From contig CBDBBI010000010.1 of NCBI GenBank assembly GCA_965202625.1, positions 1,019,050 through 1,083,049 on the forward strand: 64,000 bases of DNA. Reading direction: 5' to 3'. This DNA comes from a bacterium. Its GTDB lineage: Bacteria > UBA8248. Of the stretch, positions 38,877 to 46,258 are shown piece after piece. The notes under the pieces were generated by a model. The model was given only the letters and a program-made list of their open reading frames with translations, did not search any database and had not been told where the DNA came from. The first letter of the stretch is position 1. Every line of letters begins with the position of its first letter. The position numbers were made by a program, and so were the translations under genes.

Positions 38877-39197
38877 TTAACGGTTTCCCTCTTTGCATCG
38901 AACGCGGTAATAGATTCGGCTGCCCGCAGCGCCGAGGTTATATTCCCGAATCACTTTCCGCTCGAAAATCTCGTATCCACCGGGGCACAAGTCGTTGTCA
39001 GTGAGGTAGAGCTTGAGCCTCGATAGTCTGTTGGATTCAGCGGAGGAGCTGTCATGCGGAGTGAGCGGGCCAGCTACCGCCTCGTACTGAAACGTCCCGT
39101 CGGACAATGGCCTGAATCTGGTATCGAATATAGTGTCGTGCGCAGAACAACCCATTAATGCCAGGAACGCAAAAACGGCCAGGCCTTTCGCAAACAT
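38877..39197 (-). CDS. small lipoprotein, copy 1 of a tandemly duplicated pair
   Basis: The start MFAKGLAVFAFLALMGCSAHD is preceded by GGAGGAGG. The protein is about 70% identical to copy 2 and has conserved Cys (DLCPGGYE, RVRCKEGNR). Confidence 0.55.
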   Translation of the reverse strand: MFAKGLAVFAFLALMGCSAHDTIFDTRFRPLSDGTFQYEAVAGPLTPHDSSSAESNRLSRLKLYLTDNDLCPGGYEIFERKVIREYNLGAAGSRIYYRVRCKEGNR

Positions 39198-39255
39198 CGG
39201 CTCCTCCTCCCTCAAAAAGTCCGCGCCATCCAGCACACCTCTCCCAAAACCTCCG

Positions 39256-39335
39256 CACCGCGCGGAGGCGGGATGGGCTCCCACGCCGGATGATCGCTCT
39301 CCAGAATCCACCGCCCCTCCACCCACACCGCGCGC
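39256..39335 (-). pseudogene. orphan fragment of the 3' end of the S24 repressor gene (copy a)
   Basis: The 80 bp are near-identical to 39756-39835 inside the intact repressor gene and would encode ...WVEGRWILESDHPAWEPIPPPR. The fragment is part of a ~485-bp tandem duplication unit. Confidence 0.6.
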
Positions 39336-39363
39336 GGCCACAGCGAACAGGCTGCAGACCGCC

Positions 39364-39690
39364 TTAACGGTTTCCCTCTTTGCATCGAACGCGGTAATGG
39401 ATTCTGTGGGCCAAAGCGTCGGAGCCATATTCCCGAATCGCTATCCGCTCGAAAACCTCGTATCCACCGGGGCACAAGTCGTTGTCAGTGAGGTAGAGCT
39501 TGAGCCTCAATAGTCTGTTGGCTTCAGCGGAGGCACTCTTCGGCGGATAGAACGGGCCAGCTACCGCCTCGTACTCAAACGTCCCGTCGGACAATGGCTT
39601 GAATCTGTGATCGTATCCAGTGATGCGCGCAGTAGTACAACCCATTAATGCCAGGAACGCAAAAACGGCCAGGCCTTTCGCAAACATCAT
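39364..39690 (-). CDS. small lipoprotein, copy 2 of a tandemly duplicated pair
   Basis: The start MMFAKGLAVFAFLALMGCTTARI is preceded by GGAGGAGG. The gene lies directly 3' of the repressor gene on the same strand. Confidence 0.55.
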   Translation of the reverse strand: MMFAKGLAVFAFLALMGCTTARITGYDHRFKPLSDGTFEYEAVAGPFYPPKSASAEANRLLRLKLYLTDNDLCPGGYEVFERIAIREYGSDALAHRIHYRVRCKEGNR

Positions 39691-39701
39691 CTCCTCCTCC
39701 C

Positions 39702-40478
39702 TCAAAAAGTCCGCGCCATCCAGCACACCTCTCCCAACACCTCCGCCCCGCGCGGAGGCGGGATGGGCTCCCACGCCGGATGATCGCTCTCCAGAATCCA
39801 CCGCCCGTCCACCCACACCGCGCGCTTGACCAGCAAGCCATCCTCGCCGCGCACCACGAATATCCGTCCGCTGTGCAGGTGCTTTTTTTTCATGTCAATG
39901 AGAATGGAGCAACCCGCCGGCAGCGTCGGCTCCATGGATTCGCCCGCCACGCGGATGATGCGGCACTGGGCGGCCTCCAGCCCTTGCTCCCTCAGCCACT
40001 CCGCGCGAAACGCCAGACGTCCCGCCACCGTCTCGCTGTCCGCCTCCGCACCGCCTCCCGCCGCCGCGTCCACCTCCACGATTTCCACGTGACGGAAATG
40101 GAAAGCGTCCGTATTTCCGGCGGCCTCCGATTCTGCCGCGTCGCGCAATTTGTCCAGGGTACCGGCCGCATCGCGCAAGCGGGAGAGCTCCGCATCGAAA
40201 GCCTCCTCCAGCATTCGCTTCGCCGAGCCCTCCTGGAGTGCCGCCGCCCCTGATGCATCGGGCACCCCTGATGCACCGGGTGGGGCGACGAGAGGAAATT
40301 CAATGCCCAGAGCTTCGCAAATCTGGGCGGCGCGCCCGATAGAAGGTTGCTGTCCGTCCAGGATTCCCTGGAAACTTCGCACAGGAATCCCCGCACGCAT
40401 TGCCGCCGCGCGTACGGACTCACCATTCCTTGCGAGGTGATCACGAACATCTTTCACAAACCGTTCCCTTACTCCCAT
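39702..40478 (-). CDS. XRE-family HTH repressor with C-terminal S24 (LexA/cI-type) peptidase domain
   Basis: Trimmed to MGVRERFVKDVRDHLARNGESVRAAAMRAGIPVRSFQGIL, which contains the HTH. The C-terminus ...RVAGESMEPTLPAGCSILID...LLVKRAVWVDGRWILESDHPAWEPI is the S24 Ser/Lys fold. Confidence 0.8.
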   Translation of the reverse strand: MGVRERFVKDVRDHLARNGESVRAAAMRAGIPVRSFQGILDGQQPSIGRAAQICEALGIEFPLVAPPGASGVPDASGAAALQEGSAKRMLEEAFDAELSRLRDAAGTLDKLRDAAESEAAGNTDAFHFRHVEIVEVDAAAGGGAEADSETVAGRLAFRAEWLREQGLEAAQCRIIRVAGESMEPTLPAGCSILIDMKKKHLHSGRIFVVRGEDGLLVKRAVWVDGRWILESDHPAWEPIPPPRGAEVLGEVCWMARTF

Positions 40479-40575
40479 GTGGCAATGTATAGCATATTGT
40501 GCCCCCAAATTGCCATTGGCATTATAATGCAAATATGGGCTTGACATCTTGGCGTAATAAAGCCATATTGGCCTT
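40479..40575. promoter_or_regulatory. divergent intergenic control region between the cI-like repressor and the cro-like gene, with candidate operator palindromes
   Basis: Palindromes tgccattggca (40511-40521) and gccatattggc (40562-40572) are present. Plus-strand hexamers TTGACA (40543-40548) and TATAAT (40523-40528) are also present. The region is AT-richer than its flanks. Confidence 0.35.
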
Positions 40576-40824
40576 ATGACGCCAAACCAGATCATCCACC
40601 TTATAGACGTCATGGCCGAGGCGACCGCCCGAAGCCCGCACACGCTCGCCCGCTACGCTGCCGGCTCCGGAGATTTCTACGCGCGCCTGAAGGTTGGACA
40701 CGACATCACGACCCGCCGCGCCGCGCGCGTCGTTCAATGGTTCTCCGATCAATGGCCCTCCGACCTGGAGTGGCCGTCGGACGTTCCCCGCCCTGTGCCG
40801 AAAGCGAAGGAGAGTGCCGCGTGA
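40576..40824 (+). CDS. small hypothetical protein divergent from the repressor (cro-like position)
   Basis: The ORF is 82 aa. The true start may be the internal ATG at 40612. Its stop overlaps the GTG of the next ORF (GTGA). Confidence 0.35.
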   Translation: MTPNQIIHLIDVMAEATARSPHTLARYAAGSGDFYARLKVGHDITTRRAARVVQWFSDQWPSDLEWPSDVPRPVPKAKESAA

Positions 40825-41579
40825 GCGGGTGCGATCTGCGGGTGATAACGGAGGAATCCCCCCCCGTTTCGCCGGCGAAACAGGCACACGAAGCGCCGCG
40901 GCCCCTCTTTCATGAAGGGCTTGGGCGGGATCGCTGGGCGGAGATCGGGCGCGATCTTTCCCACTGGGCGGAGAACACGCAATGGGAAATGGGAGAATGG
41001 GCTCTGTTTGGGGAGGCGTCTTTTGGCGAGAGGACGCTGCGGGAGGTGGCGTCCGGTCTGAAAATCAGCGCGGGCAAACTGTCCAACTGCCGACTGGTCG
41101 CCAAGAATTTCCCCGCGTTTCGCCGGCGAAACGCCTTGAGTTTTTCTCACCATCTCGAAGTGGCGCGCCTGCCGCAAGCGGAGGGCGACGAAATTCTCGC
41201 CCGCGCCGAGGCGGATGGATGGACGCGAGAGCAGATTCGGAAGGAAGCGCGCGAAGCGCGGGCGGCGGTGCTGGCGTGCCTGGTGCGCGAGAACGAGGCG
41301 CTTCGCGCGGAGAATGCGCGGCTCAAAACCACGCCGGCGGCGGCGAAGGATGCGGCGCGCGACCTGGAGAGACGCGCGAAGGCCGCCGCCCGAAAGGTGA
41401 GCGCGGCGTTTGCGGACCTCGCGCGGGTACTGGGCGAGGCGGGTGCATCGGCGGAAATCACAGGTTTGCACGGCAACGCGCGCGCGGCACTCGACGCGCG
41501 CCTGAAACGCATCGTGTGCTCGGCTGGAAGGGATGCGGCCGGCGTGCAGATGCGCTTCACTTTCGGGGCGGGCGAATGA
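40821..41579 (+). CDS. hypothetical protein with coiled-coil C-terminal half
   Basis: The ORF is 253 aa from the GTG at 40821 and has typical high-GC codon usage. Its stop overlaps the next ATG (ATGA). The longer track ORFs 40737 and 40982 are N-terminally over-extended. Confidence 0.4.
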   Translation: MSGCDLRVITEESPPVSPAKQAHEAPRPLFHEGLGRDRWAEIGRDLSHWAENTQWEMGEWALFGEASFGERTLREVASGLKISAGKLSNCRLVAKNFPAFRRRNALSFSHHLEVARLPQAEGDEILARAEADGWTREQIRKEAREARAAVLACLVRENEALRAENARLKTTPAAAKDAARDLERRAKAAARKVSAAFADLARVLGEAGASAEITGLHGNARAALDARLKRIVCSAGRDAAGVQMRFTFGAGE

Positions 41580-42235
41580 ATCCCCACGCCCGTGAAACCG
41601 CCCAGCAACCCTCTTTCATCGCCCTGGAAACGCCCGAAAAACTCCCTTGCAACGACCTGGAAACCGCCTGGAACGCCGCCACGGACGCCCAGAAAGAGCG
41701 CGCCGTCAAGCGGCTGCGTGCGGTCGAGCGTTCCGAGGCTTTGGCGGCGGAGGGGATAGTGCGCGCGGAGGCGGACGGAATAGCGGCACTTGAATGCGGC
41801 GCGTCCAAATCCGCCGTCGCCACCTGGCGGCGTCGCGCACGAGGTGCGGGGCGGGGAGATAGACTGCGCACGCTTCTTGACGCACCGGGGCGCGGACGGC
41901 CGCGTGCAGAATGGACGGGCACGGCGGCGGAGACGCTCTGGACGCTGTGGCGCACGGACTGGCTCCGAGAGGAAGCACCGGATGCGGCGGCGGCACATCG
42001 GCGGGTGGAGGCGGTCGCCCAGGCGCGGGGCTGGGAATGTCCGCCCCTCCAGGCGTTCACCCGCAGGGTGCGGCGCGAGGTTTCCCGCCGCGAAGTCGTA
42101 CGCGCGCGCAAGGGTGCCCTCGCCGCCATGAACACCTCGCCCCACCAGACGCGAAGCGTGGAGGCGGGATGGGCTCCCACGCCGGATGATCGCTCTCCAG
42201 AATCCACCGCCCCTCCACCCACACCGCGCGCTTGA
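41576..42235 (+). CDS. hypothetical protein whose C-terminus is read through an antisense copy of the repressor 3' end
   Basis: The ORF is 220 aa from the ATG at 41576 and shares a frame with the tail of track ORF 40982..42235. The last ~25 codons lie inside repeat copy c, so the gene may be 3'-truncated or fused. Confidence 0.35.
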   Translation: MNPHARETAQQPSFIALETPEKLPCNDLETAWNAATDAQKERAVKRLRAVERSEALAAEGIVRAEADGIAALECGASKSAVATWRRRARGAGRGDRLRTLLDAPGRGRPRAEWTGTAAETLWTLWRTDWLREEAPDAAAAHRRVEAVAQARGWECPPLQAFTRRVRREVSRREVVRARKGALAAMNTSPHQTRSVEAGWAPTPDDRSPESTAPPPTPRA

Positions 42236-42247
42236 CCAGCAAGCCAT
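42158..42247. repeat. third copy (c) of the S24-repressor 3'-end repeat, abutting the right boundary of the inserted element
   Basis: The sequence gaggcgggatgggctcccacgccggatgatcgctctccagaatccaccgcccctccacccacaccgcgcgcttgaccagcaagccatc matches 39756-39842. Confidence 0.65.
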
Positions 42248-42302
42248 CTCGGTAGAGGCACACGTCGGCTTTTGTTCTTGTTCAATAGTCGAAGTCCCTC
42301 CT

Positions 42303-44198
42303 CTACTTCCCCGGATAGCCCAGGCCGGCGAGGGTCTCGGCGATCTCGGGCAGGATGGCCGGGTCGTCAATGGTGGCAGGTGCCTTGTATTCCTCGCCGT
42401 CGGCGATGCGCGACATCGTTCCCCGTAAAATTTTGCCCGAGCGCGTCTTGGGCAGGCGCTTCACCACTGCCGCCTGACGGAATGCGGCCACGGCGCCGAT
42501 CTGGCGGCGCACGAGCTGCACCACCTCGCCGACGACCTCCGCATCCTCCCTCTCAACGCCCGACGTCAAGACCAGAAAACCGAGGGGAAGCTGGCCCTTG
42601 AGCTGATCCTTCACTCCGATGACGGCACACTCCGCCACGTCGGGATGCGAGGTCAACACCTCCTCCATCGCGCCCGTGGAGAGCCTGTGGCCCGCCACGT
42701 TGATGATGTCGTCCGTCCTCGACATCACATAGACGTAGCCCTCCTCGTCCACGTAGCCGGCATCGCCCGTTTTGTAGAAGCCCGGATATTCGCTCAGATA
42801 GGAATCGACAAAACGCGCGTCCGCGTTCCAGAGGGTGGGGAGACAACCGGGCGGCAGGGGCAGTTTGACGCACAGCGCGCCCATCTCGCCCGCACCCAGT
42901 GCGCGGCACTCGCTGTCGAGAACCCGAAAATCGTAGCCGGGAACGGGCTTCGTGGGGGAGCCGTATTTGACGGGCAGATGCTCGATTCCGATGGAGTTCG
43001 CCAGCATCGGCCAGCCGCTCTCCGTCTGCCAATAGTGGTCGATGACGGGAACCCCCAGCTTATCCTCCGCCCACTGCACCGTGTCCGGGTCGGATCGCTC
43101 CCCCGCCAGAAAAAGGGTGCGGAAACAGCCGAGGTCGTAATTTCGCATGAGTTCAGCGTCCGGATCATCGCGCTTGATAGCGCGAAACGCCGTGGGCGCC
43201 GTGAACAAAACCTTCACCCCATGCTCGGAGATGACGCGCCAGAAAGCGCCTGCGTCGGGCGTGCCCACGGGCTTGCCCTCAAACAGGATGGTCGCGCAGC
43301 CGTGGAGCAGCGGCGCATACACGATGTAGGAATGCCCCACCACCCAGCCTACGTCGGACGCCGCCCAGAACACCTCGCCCGGCGCCACGCCATACACGTT
43401 TCGCATCGACCACTTGAGCGCCACCATGTGGCCGCCGTTGTCTCGAACCACCCCCTTGGGCTGTCCCGTCGTGCCCGAGGTGTAGAGGATATAAAGGGGG
43501 TCCGTGGCGGCGACGGGAACACAGGCCGCAGGCATCGCGCCCCGCAGCGCATCGCCCCATTCGACGTCGCGGCCCTCGATGAGCTCCGCCTCCGCCTGGG
43601 CGCGCTGCAGGATGACGCACTTCTCCGGCTTCACGCTCGAGAGGTTGATCGCCTCATCGAGCAGGGGCTTGTAGGCGATGACGCCCGAGGGTTCCACTCC
43701 GCACGAGGCGGATATCATGAGTTTCGGCTTTGCGTCCTCGATCCGCGCCGCCAGCTCGTTCGGTGCGAACCCGCCGAAGACGACCGAGTGCACCGCGCCG
43801 ATGCGCGCGCAGGCGAGCATGGAGATCGCCGCCTCGGGTACCATCGGCATGTAGATGATGACGCAGTCGCCCTTCTCCACCCCCAGGGATTTGAGCGCGC
43901 CCGCGAAATGCGCCACCTCGCGCAGCAACTCCCCATAGGTGAACTTTCGGGCAGGCGCACCCGTGATGGGGGTGTCGTATATCAGGGCGAGTTGATCCGC
44001 GCGTCCCGCCTCGACGTGACGATCCAGTGCGTTGTAGCAGGTGTTGACCTCGCCTCCTGCGAACCAGCGATAGAAAGGAGGGCGGGAATCATCCAGCACC
44101 CTCTCCCATCTCTTGTGCCAGTGCACGTCCTCCGCCGCCTCCGCCCAGAACGCCTCCGCGTCCAAGAGAGAGCGGGCGTGAACCTCTGCGTAGCCCAT
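42303..44198 (-). CDS. prpE: propionate--CoA ligase / acetyl-CoA synthetase family (AMP-forming)
   Basis: The 631-aa protein has an N-terminus like PrpE (EAFWAEAAEDVHWHKRWERVLDDSRPPFYRWFAGGEVNTCYNALDRHV), the AMP-binding motif YTSGTTGQPKGV and the C-terminus RLPKTRSGKILR. Confidence 0.85.
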   Translation of the reverse strand: MGYAEVHARSLLDAEAFWAEAAEDVHWHKRWERVLDDSRPPFYRWFAGGEVNTCYNALDRHVEAGRADQLALIYDTPITGAPARKFTYGELLREVAHFAGALKSLGVEKGDCVIIYMPMVPEAAISMLACARIGAVHSVVFGGFAPNELAARIEDAKPKLMISASCGVEPSGVIAYKPLLDEAINLSSVKPEKCVILQRAQAEAELIEGRDVEWGDALRGAMPAACVPVAATDPLYILYTSGTTGQPKGVVRDNGGHMVALKWSMRNVYGVAPGEVFWAASDVGWVVGHSYIVYAPLLHGCATILFEGKPVGTPDAGAFWRVISEHGVKVLFTAPTAFRAIKRDDPDAELMRNYDLGCFRTLFLAGERSDPDTVQWAEDKLGVPVIDHYWQTESGWPMLANSIGIEHLPVKYGSPTKPVPGYDFRVLDSECRALGAGEMGALCVKLPLPPGCLPTLWNADARFVDSYLSEYPGFYKTGDAGYVDEEGYVYVMSRTDDIINVAGHRLSTGAMEEVLTSHPDVAECAVIGVKDQLKGQLPLGFLVLTSGVEREDAEVVGEVVQLVRRQIGAVAAFRQAAVVKRLPKTRSGKILRGTMSRIADGEEYKAPATIDDPAILPEIAETLAGLGYPGK

Positions 44199-44716
44199 GC
44201 CTTCTCCTTCCAGGGAAAACCTGTATCTTTATTTTCATGATCACGTGAAGACGCATCATACCAAACTCCGCCTCTGCCTGCCTGGAGGATTCTTCGCAGA
44301 TGCACAAACCCTCGACGCGCGCGACGCCGCCAGTCCCGAACCCATCATCAAAAACGGGATGGCGAGGCCCCATAATAAAACCCCATGCGCACTCGATGCA
44401 CACCCCTTGCATCGTTTGTGCAACGCCCTTTCCCGCCCCCTGAAACGGCGGGTTTTCCAGGGGATTTTCTTCTGAAAAACCGGCGCATTTTTCACCCGTT
44501 CGCAATGATTTTCATCGGGCCAGAGCGGCGAGAAAACGATTTCGCCAAGGGAGGCACCGCATTTCAAGCGATAGGCGTTGCGCACGGACGCCTCCAGGTC
44601 GAGAATTTCGTCTTTCACGGACATTTTTTTGCGCCTTTCGCCCAGGTCATTTTTTGCTATACTTCTCCCCATGGTGTTTGCTTTCGTGAGTTGCTCTCAT
44701 TCCAAAGGGGCGATCC

Positions 44717-45175
44717 ATGGCGTCATCAGAGACGAAAGCGGCACCTGACGGGCGGCGCGGCTTCATCGCCACCCTCTTTATGCTTGGCGGCCTCATCGTC
44801 AGCTATGGAACGGCCGCCGTCTATGGATTGCGCTATCTTTTCGGCAGGCAGCTTCCTCCCCGCATGACGCAAGTCCTCACCGCCACCCTTTCCGCCATCC
44901 CCGACGGCGGAAGCATCATCGGGAGCGATCTGTCGGGCAGAAAATTCCTGCTCGTGCGCGCGGGCGATACGGTGCGCGCGTTTTCCACCGCCTGTACCCA
45001 TCTGGGATGCCAGGTCTATTGGCAGGACGAGAAGAAGGTGTTCTTCTGTCCCTGCCACAACGGCTTCTTCGACGCCGACGGCAACCCCACGTCGGGGCCT
45101 CCGCCCACACCGCTCGCCCAATACCCCGTCGAAATACGCGGGACGAGCATTTTCGTCACCATGCCCGAGGCCTGA
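44717..45175 (+). CDS. Rieske [2Fe-2S] subunit of a cytochrome bc-type complex, with Tat signal
   Basis: A twin-arginine motif RRGFIATL is present. The cluster boxes are CTHLGC and CPCHNG. Confidence 0.85.
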   Translation: MASSETKAAPDGRRGFIATLFMLGGLIVSYGTAAVYGLRYLFGRQLPPRMTQVLTATLSAIPDGGSIIGSDLSGRKFLLVRAGDTVRAFSTACTHLGCQVYWQDEKKVFFCPCHNGFFDADGNPTSGPPPTPLAQYPVEIRGTSIFVTMPEA

Positions 45176-45178
45176 GCC

Positions 45179-46234
45179 ATGAACAGCCGGATTCCGCGCT
45201 GGGTCGGAGAGCGAATTCCCTTCGACTGGGATCACCTCAAGCACATCACGAGCGAACCCATTCCGCGTCACCTGAAAAAATGGTGGTTTTGCGTGGGCGG
45301 AACCCCGCTGTATCTGTTCCTCATTCAAATCCTCACGGGCATCGCCCTCACCTTCTACTACGTGCCCGAGCCGGGCAAGGCGTATGAATCGGTGCGCCAC
45401 ATCACCGAGGCGGTCCCCTTCGGCTGGTGGGTTCGCGGAATACACCGCTGGGCGGGAGAGCTGATGGTGGTGACCGTCATCCTGCACATGATGCGGGTAT
45501 TCTTCACGGGTGCGTATCGCAAACCCCGCGAGATCAACTGGCTCATCGGCATGGGACTTCTCATCACCATATTCACCTTCGGCTTCACGGGCTATTCCCT
45601 GATCTACAACCAACTCTCTTACTGGGCGACCGTGGTGGGCACCAACATCGCCGCAGCGGTGCCCGTGGCAGGCCCCTATCTCGCCGGCTTCATCCGCGGA
45701 GGGCCCGTCATCAGCGCGAACACGCTGACGCGCTTCTACGTGCTCCACATCGGCATTTTGCCGACCACCGCCTTCATCCTGCTCGCCCTCCACATCTTTT
45801 TCATCCGCATTCACGGGGTGAGCGAATTCATCGACCCCCGCGACGAGGAAGCGAAAAAAGACCGATTTTTCCCGTTTTTCCCCGATCACCTCCTGACCGA
45901 AGTAGCCCTTGGGGTTTTTCTCATATTTCTGGTCAGTCAGCTGGCCATCATCTTTCCCGCGCAGATGGGCGCGCCGGCGAATCCGGCCATCACGCCTGAA
46001 CACATCAAGCCTGAGTGGTATTTCTACCCGGTGTTCCGCTGGCTGAAGCTGTTCTCCTTCGAGACGGGCATCATCGGCGCAATTCTCATCGTCATCGTCA
46101 TGTTCGCCTGGCCCTGGGTGGACGCCGCCCTGGAACGCCGGGCGCCCGGGCGGGACGTCAGCATATACGTGGGGGTGCTCGCCGTCCTCGCCATGACGAT
46201 ATTCATGATCATCGAGGGCCTTTCAGGCCACTAG
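45179..46234 (+). CDS. cytochrome b (b6 plus subunit-IV-like fused, 351 aa)
   Basis: Multi-TM protein with conserved haem-ligating His in helices B and D and the PEWY-like segment IKPEWYFYP. Confidence 0.85.
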   Translation: MNSRIPRWVGERIPFDWDHLKHITSEPIPRHLKKWWFCVGGTPLYLFLIQILTGIALTFYYVPEPGKAYESVRHITEAVPFGWWVRGIHRWAGELMVVTVILHMMRVFFTGAYRKPREINWLIGMGLLITIFTFGFTGYSLIYNQLSYWATVVGTNIAAAVPVAGPYLAGFIRGGPVISANTLTRFYVLHIGILPTTAFILLALHIFFIRIHGVSEFIDPRDEEAKKDRFFPFFPDHLLTEVALGVFLIFLVSQLAIIFPAQMGAPANPAITPEHIKPEWYFYPVFRWLKLFSFETGIIGAILIVIVMFAWPWVDAALERRAPGRDVSIYVGVLAVLAMTIFMIIEGLSGH

Positions 46235-46258
46235 GAATAATGAGGAAGGGAGGAACTC

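Noticed and set aside
40982-42235. 417-aa ORF with a Gly/Arg-rich N-terminal 200 aa
   Set aside because: Only the last 220 codons (from the ATG at 41576, with ATGA overlap to the previous gene) look coding. The N-terminal part overlaps ORF 40821..41579 out of frame and is low-complexity.
41147-42370. 407-aa minus-strand ORF across the element's right end
   Set aside because: It is antisense to 40821..41579 and 41576..42235 and the product is Ala/Arg/Ser-rich junk. No recombinase motifs (R..H..R..Y or Ser-recombinase) are present.
44726-46003. 425-aa minus-strand ORF over the Rieske and cytochrome b genes
   Set aside because: It is antisense to two strongly supported genes, and the low-complexity R/G/E-rich product has no motifs.
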